Source of the DNA: a virus
Strand: one strand, 5' to 3'
Virus genome (UHGV): UHGV-0301147
DNA: 42,879 nt
Made by a program: the position numbers and the translations under genes. Under the pieces are notes generated by a model, which worked only from the letters and a program-made list of their open reading frames with translations, had not been told where the DNA came from and did not search any database. Below are positions 28,551 through 37,130 of the stretch, one piece after another (position 1 is the stretch's first letter; every line of letters begins with the position of its first letter).

Positions 28551-28748
28551 TTAATCAGTTAGAGGATCAACCTGATTTTCTCTAATAAGATTTCGTAACG
28601 CAGTACGAGCAGCCGCGACTTCTGTCATTCCATTTAGAACCACGCTGGAATGCCCTCCTCTAACCCCAAAGACTGTGACCATATCCTCTTCACGGAAGTA
28701 TTCTGCTTCATACTGAAGGCCATCTTTCTCTACGCGAATATATGACAT
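28551..28748 (-). CDS. Small hypothetical protein
   Basis: 65-aa ORF with SD GAGG, upstream of the T5orf172 gene. Confidence 0.45.
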   Translation of the reverse strand: MSYIRVEKDGLQYEAEYFREEDMVTVFGVRGGHSSVVLNGMTEVAAARTALRNLIRENQVDPLTD

Positions 28749-29374
28749 AACAACCTCATTTTATTATCTTTTGTTTGAATGATATATCCACAAAATAATT
28801 TAAGCAATCTCGCCCAAGACGGCACGCCAAGCTTGCCTTGTAAGTATAATGTAAATATTCCGATAAAACTAATCATTCGCTTTTAGCGCATGTCCAAAAA
28901 ATGGTTCAGGTATCCTATCGTGCCAATATTCGCTCCTCACTCATAGCGGCTTTCAGGCAAGTTAACTAGTCCGCTCGGTGCCATATAGAGCCATGGTTAT
29001 TAACAGCAGGGAATAATTCCACACTGAAATTAAATGTCTGCCTTTTACAGTAGAAATAGTTTCTCCAGGACACTATCCATTGCCGGGCACAATCACTCGG
29101 GGTATAACGATATAAAATATGTTCATGATAGTGCAGGTTCGTATATTAAGTTCAGCAGCGAAAACATGCCTTACAGGTTTCCGGTTTTGGGAGCGTCGTT
29201 ACAGGATCCTGCGCATACCGTTCCCATCTGTTGAATTAAAGGTTTCACAGCCTTTGCCGATATCGCCTTTTACCTTGCCTGTGATGCGTTCAGTGCTCAG
29301 CGTTGTTTACTGTAGCTCTCGGAACTGATTACAGACCGCGTCTTAAAAACCAATCCTTACTCTAAAGGGAATTC

Positions 29375-30298
29375 ATGAGATTAAAATACTCAGTACTCTT
29401 ACTCGCCATTGCCCTTACAGGCTGTGATAACAAAAAAGATGAGATCGGTTGTTCTTCGGAAATGACCCAATCAGCTCTCATGGATTTATTAAAAAAATCT
29501 GCTTATGAAGGACTCTCTGAACAGGTCGATAAATACCCTGATGTCACTAATCAGACCAAACGAAGCACACTGGACAAGATCAAACTAGCCGTCTCTGAAA
29601 TCTCCACAACATCAAGTGACACGGGCAGCACAATGAAAACTTGTGAAGGGACCGTGACGATGACTCTACCTGCGAACGAGTACGTCCAGCTTTCAGATGC
29701 TTACAGAAAGAATTTTAATCGTAATCTCGACAAGCAAATGGAAAGCCTGTTTTTGGAGAACAACGCAAACGCCTTTTCCAAACGTATCACCTACACCGTG
29801 CAGGCGACCGACGATCAGAAAAACGTTTTTGTAAAAACCTCTTCTGATAATCCGATATCAGTGGGCGCCGCTTTACTGACATCACTTTCTATTATCAACC
29901 CGATCGTTGAGCAGCAGAAAATCCAGCAGGCTAAGGATGCCCAACAGAGCCAAATTGAAGCGGAACAACAGGTGCAACTCAGGGCGCAGGAACAGGCTAA
30001 GTATGAGGCGGAGAAGCAAATAGAGAGACAGGCACAACTTCAGCCACAAAAAGCTGACAGCCTTGATCAGTCCCGAATGGCATTTGCGAATGCCGACTCT
30101 GATTTGAGTACCGTCTGGAGCAAGTTAACCCCGGCGAAGAAAAAAGATTTGCTGCCTTCTCAGCGTCAGTGGATCAAAACTAAGGATGCTATGTGCGGTA
30201 AAGTTTCAATGCAGGGAACAGATGCTGAAGTCAAGAAAATGCTCGACTGCCAGACGCAAATGACCCTTTCAAGAATCGCTTTCCTCAGAAACCAATAA
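29375..30298 (+). CDS. Lipoprotein with Gln-rich coiled-coil region and C-terminal DUF1311 (LprI-like) domain
   Basis: 307-aa ORF with lipobox LTGC and C-terminal DLLPSQRQWIKTKDAMCG ... MLDCQTQMTLSRIAFL typical of DUF1311. Confidence 0.7.
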   Translation: MRLKYSVLLLAIALTGCDNKKDEIGCSSEMTQSALMDLLKKSAYEGLSEQVDKYPDVTNQTKRSTLDKIKLAVSEISTTSSDTGSTMKTCEGTVTMTLPANEYVQLSDAYRKNFNRNLDKQMESLFLENNANAFSKRITYTVQATDDQKNVFVKTSSDNPISVGAALLTSLSIINPIVEQQKIQQAKDAQQSQIEAEQQVQLRAQEQAKYEAEKQIERQAQLQPQKADSLDQSRMAFANADSDLSTVWSKLTPAKKKDLLPSQRQWIKTKDAMCGKVSMQGTDAEVKKMLDCQTQMTLSRIAFLRNQ

Positions 30299-30312
30299 CT
30301 GAAGTTTCCTTC

Positions 30313-30346
30313 AAGCTGGCGCCAGGTGTTAACCTGGTGCCAGCTT
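30313..30346 (+). terminator. Strong stem-loop after the DUF1311 lipoprotein gene (terminator candidate)
   Basis: aagctggcgccagg / cctggtgccagctt 14-bp stem (one G-U) with loop tgttaa, 15 bp after the stop; no clean U-tract. Confidence 0.4.
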
Positions 30347-30376
30347 AGTCATCAAGTGCATATTTAACTGTTTTAT

Positions 30377-30448
30377 ATGGGCGGTACTTTGACAGAGGTA
30401 TTCGGTCTCGTGCTGGTCGTGGTCAAATACCTTTTTAAACGCAAATAG
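30377..30448 (+). repeat. Direct repeat copy B (orphan 24-codon remnant of the membrane-protein gene 3' end)
   Basis: 72 bp matching 26775-26846; retains ATG and a stop but no upstream gene body. Confidence 0.8.
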
Positions 30449-30472
30449 AGTATTTCCACCCCAAACAACCTG

Positions 30473-31309
30473 TCAAAATGCTGAATCAGCAACAGATACA
30501 GCCGACTTTTTCCCCATTACCATCAATTTATCCAGTGTCATACTTCGCAGATTGTCGCTGTGGATCACCAGATACCCTGCCCGCTCAGCGATCTCTTTGA
30601 AAGCGTCAAAGGTCATCAGATGTTCGCCTTTGGCAACATGGCGCATCCTTGTCACTTTTCCATTTTTGATAGTGGTGATAAAAGAAAAATCCGGAATGGT
30701 TGGCTGATTTTCATCGAGTAGCAGGCAGTGGATGTATTCAATCGCCTCTAACATTTGCGTCTGTGACAGTTGTTCTATGTGAGAGACGGCGAAGCGTTGA
30801 TGAATCATGGTGTAGGCATCGGGATACATCATGCCTTTCTTACCGACCAGCATATTAACGGCATCACGTAAGGGAGTACGGTCATCGGTAGTTGTACTCC
30901 GCCTCTCTGGGCGCTGGCTAAAATAACAATCTTCAAGCTTTTCGAAAACTTCCCAAGCCTGTTCTGTTTCCAGCATTTTGGCATGGCGAGCTGCGCCGCG
31001 TTCTGTCCAGAGAATGAGGGATCGGGTATGTTTAGCAACTGACTGACTATCTGTCAGTCTGTTTTTGAAGTCGCGTAATTCATTACCTTCCAGCTTAAAA
31101 AAATGCTTTCCTACGACAAATCTGGCGATGTTGCGCTTGAAGTTTTGCTGGATACCATTTACTTCCGTGCCATACAAACTGGCAAGCAATTCAGTAGTGA
31201 TGACGGGAAGTTGGTTATGATGTAGCGGAGAAAGGGATTCCGCAGATATTTGGATTGTCATCGCAGTGGCCTCACTTAGTGTTTTTTTCATCACCACCAG
31301 CGACGCCAA
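30473..31309 (-). CDS. Phage antirepressor-like regulatory protein (Ant/Rha-type N-terminal domain)
   Basis: 278-aa ORF with antirepressor-like N-terminal region; true start probably an internal Met. Confidence 0.55.
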   Translation of the reverse strand: MASLVVMKKTLSEATAMTIQISAESLSPLHHNQLPVITTELLASLYGTEVNGIQQNFKRNIARFVVGKHFFKLEGNELRDFKNRLTDSQSVAKHTRSLILWTERGAARHAKMLETEQAWEVFEKLEDCYFSQRPERRSTTTDDRTPLRDAVNMLVGKKGMMYPDAYTMIHQRFAVSHIEQLSQTQMLEAIEYIHCLLLDENQPTIPDFSFITTIKNGKVTRMRHVAKGEHLMTFDAFKEIAERAGYLVIHSDNLRSMTLDKLMVMGKKSAVSVADSAF

Positions 31310-31533
31310 TCATCTGGTGGTGAACTGTGCAGGGTTGGCGTAACCGGCTAAGTGAACCCGGCGCTTCCGCAGAAGCCCCCACACAGCCCACCATAATGCG
31401 AATGTGGCCGTGCCTAACACATAAAAAAACCGCTAACGCGGCTATGCGTCACTTAGATATCCGGGACGCCAATCCCGGCAACCGATTTTGCGGCTGCGCG
31501 GAAACTATAGCCCCGGGCTTTTTCTAAGTCAAT

Positions 31534-31755
31534 TCAATCAACTTCAAACCTCCGGTGTTCACATTCCATACACTCAACGGGAACATCATCGCGATGCAAG
31601 TCCACATATCCGACCCGCTTATACAACTCAATAATGTCCGGTAACGTGACCAGATGTTTTTCCGGTTCCAACACCTCAGCCCTGGTTACTTTGTAATCTG
31701 AAATATAGAGCACTATCCGCCCGTTCCGTGGTAACTCCAGTTTATCGCCAAACAT
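31534..31755 (-). CDS. Hypothetical protein (nin-region-like)
   Basis: 73-aa ORF colinear with the minus-strand early-right operon. Confidence 0.4.
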   Translation of the reverse strand: MFGDKLELPRNGRIVLYISDYKVTRAEVLEPEKHLVTLPDIIELYKRVGYVDLHRDDVPVECMECEHRRFEVD

Positions 31756-31941
31756 GTCCTTCCCTCCGGGAAACCAATGATATTGACGATATTACACCCA
31801 CAACGATTCGTTTTACGTCACTCCGCAATCACCATACATACGTACCAATCCGTACATTCCCACCACAAAAATGGCATTCGGCGGGCACTGGTAATGGATT
31901 TTTAACGTGTGCTATTGCCTTGCGACGTATTTTCAACTCAC

Positions 31942-32166
31942 TCATACAGCCTCCCTGCTCTCAAATGGGCGAATATTGGTTGGTTCTCCACACGGAATAG
32001 CCCAACCCAGCCAGGTAAATATTTTCAGGTCACACATCGCGTCATACCGTTCGCCAGGATTCACATCCACCATGCTGCAGGCAATTTCATATTGTTCACC
32101 ATTATCAGTCAGTGCGATCTGGTCATTAATAAACCGGGGCACAAATGCCAGAAAAAGTTCTTTCAT
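31942..32166 (-). CDS. Hypothetical protein
   Basis: 74-aa ORF whose stop abuts the start of the next gene; an overlapping plus-strand ORF was judged less likely. Confidence 0.35.
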   Translation of the reverse strand: MKELFLAFVPRFINDQIALTDNGEQYEIACSMVDVNPGERYDAMCDLKIFTWLGWAIPCGEPTNIRPFESREAV

Positions 32167-32474
32167 GAAATCCTCCGCTCAAAATAAACATACTGATTCA
32201 CCGCACCGATCGACATTTCGAGTTTTTCCGCGATATCCTGGCGATTAATACCCGACTGATGTAATTCCCTTGCCAGCTCGATATCCTCCTGGCGGTATTT
32301 CACTGACTGGTGATAATTACCCCGCAGATACATACAGATTTTCAACTCGCGCGCTTTTGTGCGTACCGCAGCACCGGTTCTTCCAATAAGCTGCCCTATA
32401 CGTTCAACTGTCATGCTGCCCGCACATTGTTTGATGATTACGACTTCCGCACGCACCCACCGTTTGTATTTCAT
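32163..32474 (-). CDS. HTH-motif DNA-binding protein
   Basis: 103-aa ORF with two helix-turn-helix-like segments. Confidence 0.45.
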   Translation of the reverse strand: MKYKRWVRAEVVIIKQCAGSMTVERIGQLIGRTGAAVRTKARELKICMYLRGNYHQSVKYRQEDIELARELHQSGINRQDIAEKLEMSIGAVNQYVYFERRIS

Positions 32475-32707
32475 TGCTCCATCCCCCCTCTCCAGTAGTT
32501 CAGACGCTCTCTGAAAAATTCCCGGTACGTATCCGGCGTCATTCCGATTTGCTCAATCACGCTTCCCCTCGGAATACGTTTCTCAAAGAGTTGGCGGATC
32601 AGCGTCGCCGCTCGCATGTCGTAGTGCTCTTTAAGCAGGTATTCCTGAGGCCATTTGGCGCGGTTGTGTGGTAAGCCGGGCGGCAGGTAATCTGATTGCC
32701 CTGCCAT
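32471..32707 (-). CDS. Hypothetical protein
   Basis: 78-aa ORF translationally coupled to neighbours. Confidence 0.4.
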   Translation of the reverse strand: MAGQSDYLPPGLPHNRAKWPQEYLLKEHYDMRAATLIRQLFEKRIPRGSVIEQIGMTPDTYREFFRERLNYWRGGMEQ

Positions 32708-32708
32708 A

Positions 32709-33119
32709 TCACGTCCCTTTCTTTGCTATCGGAGTGATGGAACTCAGCAGCAGGCGACAGCGACCGGGCGCGCCAATGCGCTGTCCGGTTATCTTGTCGT
32801 AAGTTTCATGCGGTGAGGCACACCAGGTTGTCGCTGTTTCGTGGAGTTTCACTTGCCGCTCACCATTTCTGCGAATCGCGATCCCGATGTGCGTTTTACC
32901 CTTACATTTCACTGCTGGCGCTGCGGCTACGGATGCCTGACGGGCAGGCTGAGCTGGTGTTGAAAAATTGCCTGCTTTGGGTCTTGGTACAAAAACCGCA
33001 CGAGTGCGCGCACGTGGCCCGGCGTTCATATTCCACAAAATGACGTCGAGATAGTTTTTACCGTCGTCTATGTGTCCTTTGTCCGACGGGTACTCTAATT
33101 TGCCTGAAATGGTGGTCAT
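32709..33119 (-). CDS. Hypothetical protein
   Basis: 136-aa ORF directly downstream of the helicase gene. Confidence 0.45.
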   Translation of the reverse strand: MTTISGKLEYPSDKGHIDDGKNYLDVILWNMNAGPRARTRAVFVPRPKAGNFSTPAQPARQASVAAAPAVKCKGKTHIGIAIRRNGERQVKLHETATTWCASPHETYDKITGQRIGAPGRCRLLLSSITPIAKKGT

Positions 33120-33157
33120 TGGTCTTTCCTCGGTTATTTCACGCTGGTCATGCGTGG

Positions 33158-34549
33158 TTAAAATGGGTCCGTATTAAAGTTTTTGTTTGAATACCGTTTT
33201 TCACGTTTTCTCGGTTGCTCTGCCTCCTTCTGGATGCGTAATTTTTCGCGTGCTACGTGTTGATCAACTGGCAGGAAATGCCCATTCCGGAATTCCTGAT
33301 AAATAATTTCACCTGCCCCGCCAGAACGGTTTTTACCGATAATCACCTCGGCGATACCCTTTGCAGGTGAATCAGGTGTGTAAACTTCATCGCGGTACAA
33401 AAACAAAATGCTGTCAGCGTCCTGCTCAACACTGCCGGAATCGCGCAGGTCCGACATCACCGGGCGACGCTGGCCAGCAGGTCGAGAATCCACCTGGCGG
33501 GAAAGCTGGCTAAGAGCAAAAACAGGGGTATGCAGACGCATGGCCATAGTCTTCATGTTGCGGGAGATATGCCCGACAGCGAGATCGTGGCGCTCGGCCT
33601 TCGGTTTTTTGATCAGGCCCATGTAATCAACACCAATCAACTTCAGGTGCGGATAACGGCGTTTATGAGTCTCTGCAATGGCGCGGATCTGCTCAATCGT
33701 CAAATCAGTGGCATCAACAATCCAGATATCGCGATCCTGCATGATTGCAAGCGCGGCGGTTAATCTGGTCAAATCCTCATCGTCCATTTCTTTTGGATTA
33801 CGCAGACGCGACGTGGACATATTCCCAGCCCCGGCAACGGTACGTTCAACAATCTGCTGAGCGCCCATTTCCATGCTGAAAAACAGTGCGCCGCCGCCAT
33901 CTGCGGTAACGCCATCGATAATCTTCAGGGTAAATTCCGTTTTCCCCATGCCTGGACGACCGGCAACCACAACAAGGTCGGTCATGTTGATACCGCCCAG
34001 GGCGACATCCAGATCCTCGACTCCGGTTTTCAGCATCATTTCCTGCGCGTCGCCAGACATCCGTTTATCAACGGTGTCAATGTAGAGCGGTAACAGCTCT
34101 TTGATGTGTACCGGCTGGACTGTGCCGGTAGCGGCGCTCATATCCAGCACCTGAGCAACATGAGATTCAATAACCTCATCACGCTGACTCTGGTTTACAG
34201 CGTTACGGATACCATCCGCGCCAGATTGCAACAATGCCGCCATTTTGCGGCTCCGCCATGCCCGCACCATTTTCCCGGCATAGCCTTTCAGATTCGGTAC
34301 CGTTGCCGGGATCCGGGATATTTGAGACAGATCCGCAAGGCTGGAACCGCCCAGCGCTTCGCTGATAAACAACATGTCGATCATGCCGTTCGCCAGTGCC
34401 TGCTTTTTGATTTCGCTGAAAGCGCGACGGTGAAACACGATGCTGAAGGCTTCCTCCGGAGTAGTGGCAATCACATCAAACGCGTCAGGCGTCGCGCCAC
34501 CGTTAATCAGACCAGCGAGAACGATCGCTTCCAGTTCTTCTGGATTCAT
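33158..34549 (-). CDS. Replicative DNA helicase (DnaB family)
   Basis: 463-aa ORF with Walker A (GRPGMGKT) and DnaB-like C-terminal motifs. Confidence 0.9.
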   Translation of the reverse strand: MNPEELEAIVLAGLINGGATPDAFDVIATTPEEAFSIVFHRRAFSEIKKQALANGMIDMLFISEALGGSSLADLSQISRIPATVPNLKGYAGKMVRAWRSRKMAALLQSGADGIRNAVNQSQRDEVIESHVAQVLDMSAATGTVQPVHIKELLPLYIDTVDKRMSGDAQEMMLKTGVEDLDVALGGINMTDLVVVAGRPGMGKTEFTLKIIDGVTADGGGALFFSMEMGAQQIVERTVAGAGNMSTSRLRNPKEMDDEDLTRLTAALAIMQDRDIWIVDATDLTIEQIRAIAETHKRRYPHLKLIGVDYMGLIKKPKAERHDLAVGHISRNMKTMAMRLHTPVFALSQLSRQVDSRPAGQRRPVMSDLRDSGSVEQDADSILFLYRDEVYTPDSPAKGIAEVIIGKNRSGGAGEIIYQEFRNGHFLPVDQHVAREKLRIQKEAEQPRKREKRYSNKNFNTDPF

Positions 34550-35646
34550 AATGCCCCTTCCCTGGTTTTACGCAGTGTTTCTGGCTTCATCAGGTAATCA
34601 AACCCTGCCCGCCAGCCGGTGCGATATTCGCCGCCGAAATAGAAGTCTGGGGCGTTATCGCGGAATTTTTCGAAGTAGCCGATAAATGCGCCAAGAGTTT
34701 GCGTGCGCATATGTGCCAGCAGGCGCAGGATTGCCCGACGGCGGTCAGTATCAATTTCAGCTATAGGTAGCAGGTCGCCCAGAATCTCGTTGTAGCCCTT
34801 CACAACTTCAGCAGGGTCAACGGCAGCCTCAGCAGTGGCCCACGTCTCAGCGTCAGCCAGGTATCCGTCAAACCGGTTTACGCGGCAAATGTTCGCAGGT
34901 TTCGGAACGCTTCCGCTACGACGGCGCCATGTCGCAATAACCCAACGAATTACTAACTGAATCTCAGCCACGCTGTAACCAGCGCGGGTGGTGGTGGCAG
35001 TTAGCAGCATGACAAACGGTTTAACGTCGCGGCAGCGGGTACCGACTTTCTCGTTGTAGTAGTTCAGAGCTTTTTGAGCGTCAGCGAGAATGATTTCCTC
35101 GCCCTCCCCCTTTTGGGGGTAAGGGGGATCTTTTATCTCTGTAGTACTCTCTGTTGTATTCTCTGTAGGAGATTGGGTCATTTTGACCTTAGCGCATGGG
35201 TCAACTTGACCTGATGCTTGGGTCACATTGACCTCTTCGATTGGGTCAACTTGACCTAATCGATTGGCCACAGGGAATGTTGTCTCTTCAATCTTACATA
35301 ACTGGGCATAATTGATTGAATACCACTTGGTTTTATCCCAGGCATCACTGTTAAAGTTCCCAGTAAGCAACACATTCAATTTTTCCAGATTGGCCAACAC
35401 GCGTTTTATTGTCGACTCGCTCCAGAACGGGAATTGTTCTTGCCAGTCGGTCACACTGTTGTACACCCAGTGGCGATTTTCGAAGAAATTTTGAGACGAA
35501 TTCAGCCAGTAGTGGATTTGCTGTAGAACGATGGCTTCATTCAACCCTATAGTGCATGCCAACGTGGGCAGGACCTGAAGGGGGTTTTCGTTAATCAGCA
35601 AACGACTCATACTCAGATCTCCAGAGCTTCGGCTATCTGACGACAA
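34546..35646 (-). CDS. Replication initiator protein (lambda O-like; iterons inside the gene)
   Basis: 366-aa ORF upstream of and overlapping the helicase gene; contains the iteron array at 35172-35256. Confidence 0.7.
   Translation of the reverse strand: MSSDSRSSGDLSMSRLLINENPLQVLPTLACTIGLNEAIVLQQIHYWLNSSQNFFENRHWVYNSVTDWQEQFPFWSESTIKRVLANLEKLNVLLTGNFNSDAWDKTKWYSINYAQLCKIEETTFPVANRLGQVDPIEEVNVTQASGQVDPCAKVKMTQSPTENTTESTTEIKDPPYPQKGEGEEIILADAQKALNYYNEKVGTRCRDVKPFVMLLTATTTRAGYSVAEIQLVIRWVIATWRRRSGSVPKPANICRVNRFDGYLADAETWATAEAAVDPAEVVKGYNEILGDLLPIAEIDTDRRRAILRLLAHMRTQTLGAFIGYFEKFRDNAPDFYFGGEYRTGWRAGFDYLMKPETLRKTREGAL
35172..35256. repeat. Origin of replication iterons (4 palindromic repeats, ~22-23 bp spacing)
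   Basis: TGGGTCAttTTGACC, TGGGTCAacTTGACC, TGGGTCAcaTTGACC, TGGGTCAacTTGACC at 35174, 35197, 35219, 35242, followed by an AT-richer stretch. Confidence 0.7.
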
Positions 35647-35837
35647 CCGGCTTCATAGTCCGCATTGCTCAGCCCTTTGTCGCGCAACTCGACCTTCCTG
35701 GATTCATACTGCTCCCACACCGAAAGCGCGGCAGCCATACGCCCATCAAAAATAGGTTGGATCTCTGCAACATGTGCCGGGCGCCCATTCAGGTGCCAGC
35801 CGTTACGCCAGGTAATGCGGTCAATATGTCTTAACAT
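35613..35837 (-). CDS. Hypothetical protein
   Basis: 74-aa ORF between the CII-like and initiator genes. Confidence 0.4.
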   Translation of the reverse strand: MLRHIDRITWRNGWHLNGRPAHVAEIQPIFDGRMAAALSVWEQYESRKVELRDKGLSNADYEAGCRQIAEALEI

Positions 35838-35876
35838 CGGTCTTTCCTCGGTATAAGTTAAACGCTGGTCAGGCGC

Positions 35877-36353
35877 TCATGCATGGTGGCCTTGCGCAGT
35901 GCTTATCACTGCTCCTCGCGTCGCTACCAGCGCCGCTATTGCTTCGTCAATTTCCTGAATAGTTAACTCTGGCGCGAAGTGGAGATGTACAGCGTTAATC
36001 GCTTCCACCCCTTCTTTTGCCGCCAGCGTTGCCAGCAAAACGGGATCGCCCGGCGACTCCAGACGCGCCCGCCGTTCTGCGGGTAGCACTGCTTTCATCA
36101 CACTGGCCAGCACCTGAGTTTTTCGGCGCGCCGCCGTTGTCTCGCCACGTAACCAGCGAAAGATTTTCTGCCGGTTGTTGTTGATGGCTCTCCAGTCCAC
36201 GTTGCCGTCCGTGTCCTCAAATTCATGTAGTCTCAACTCATCATTGCGTCCCTGACTGAACCAGGCCCGGCAGATTTCAATCGTGACGAGTTCCTGCCCT
36301 GCCCTTGCCGCCCAGGTCAAAATCTCTTTTTGTAATTCCTCTTGGTTTTCCAT
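35877..36353 (-). CDS. YdaT-like / CII-analogue regulatory protein (tentative)
   Basis: 158-aa ORF immediately downstream of the Cro-like gene, as in YdaS-YdaT arrangements. Confidence 0.45.
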   Translation of the reverse strand: MENQEELQKEILTWAARAGQELVTIEICRAWFSQGRNDELRLHEFEDTDGNVDWRAINNNRQKIFRWLRGETTAARRKTQVLASVMKAVLPAERRARLESPGDPVLLATLAAKEGVEAINAVHLHFAPELTIQEIDEAIAALVATRGAVISTAQGHHA

Positions 36354-36412
36354 AGCGTCTCCTGTCGCTAAAAATTGATTACGCTTAATCAGATGTAATA
36401 AGCCGCCTTTTG

Positions 36413-36610
36413 CTAAGCTTTTTCATGTTTTGGAACATCGTAAAAAGTCGGGTCATATTTCAGTGCTCCATTAGTGATATGGTCGAGTCGAGCTGCTCGC
36501 TTTTCAGGAACTGTTGCCCCCCAACGAGTAACCGCCACTTGTGATATACCCAGCACCTTGGCTGTGGCTGTCTTTGAACCAAAAAAACTAATAACCGTCT
36601 CTGTTTTCAT
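36413..36610 (-). CDS. Cro-like HTH regulator (YdaS/DicC-like)
   Basis: 65-aa ORF divergent from the repressor gene. Confidence 0.7.
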   Translation of the reverse strand: MKTETVISFFGSKTATAKVLGISQVAVTRWGATVPEKRAARLDHITNGALKYDPTFYDVPKHEKA

Positions 36611-36678
36611 AATTCCTCCGCGTAACTTTTGTTAGCAACACAAATACTAACGAAAGTTATGTCAAGTTAACTTATATT
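36611..36678. promoter_or_regulatory. Divergent promoter/operator region of the immunity switch
   Basis: 68-bp AT-rich intergenic region between the Cro-like and repressor genes, containing AAGTTA-N8-TAACTT and a TTAG...CTAA dyad. Confidence 0.5.
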
Positions 36679-37092
36679 ATGAGGATGAAAAATTTGATGC
36701 TTAGCGACCGTTTATCTCAAAGACGCAAACAGCTTGGTCTAACCCAACAACAGCTTGCTGATATGGTTGGAAGATCGAGTGTGAGCGTTTTTAAATGGGA
36801 AAGCGGACAAAATGAACCAAAGGGCCAGAACTTGTTGGCTTTGGCCAATGCACTCAAGTGTTCTGCCACATGGCTGCTTTTTGGTGACGAAGACCAGGCG
36901 CCAACTCCGGTAGACGAATTACCAACAGAGCTGGATTCACGTCAAAAAAGATTGTTAGAGTTATTTGATTCATTACCCGAGTCAGAAAAAGAAAAGCAAC
37001 TAATTGAATTAGAAGATAAAGTTGAAAACTTTAATCGTTTATTTGAAGAGTTACTGGTTACCAGAAAGAAACTAACCCCCACCAAAAAATAA
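36679..37092 (+). CDS. CI-like prophage repressor, XRE-family HTH only (no S24 autopeptidase domain)
   Basis: 137-aa ORF with HTH LTQQQLADMVGRSSVSVFKWESG; too short for a LexA-like cleavage domain; start may be the Met at 36697. Confidence 0.8.
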   Translation: MRMKNLMLSDRLSQRRKQLGLTQQQLADMVGRSSVSVFKWESGQNEPKGQNLLALANALKCSATWLLFGDEDQAPTPVDELPTELDSRQKRLLELFDSLPESEKEKQLIELEDKVENFNRLFEELLVTRKKLTPTKK

Positions 37093-37095
37093 AAT

Positions 37096-37130
37096 AAAGG
37101 CAATGTTTTCAATGCATTGCCTTTATTTTT
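37096..37130 (+). terminator. Rho-independent terminator after the repressor gene
   Basis: Perfect 10-bp stem aaaggcaatg / cattgccttt followed by ATTTTT, starting 4 bp after the stop. Confidence 0.7.

Noticed and set aside
31327-31527. 66-aa plus-strand ORF between the antirepressor gene and the nin-like genes
   Set aside because: GC-rich intergenic region with a weak terminator-like hairpin at ~31413-31436; the ORF has no start context and junk-like composition.
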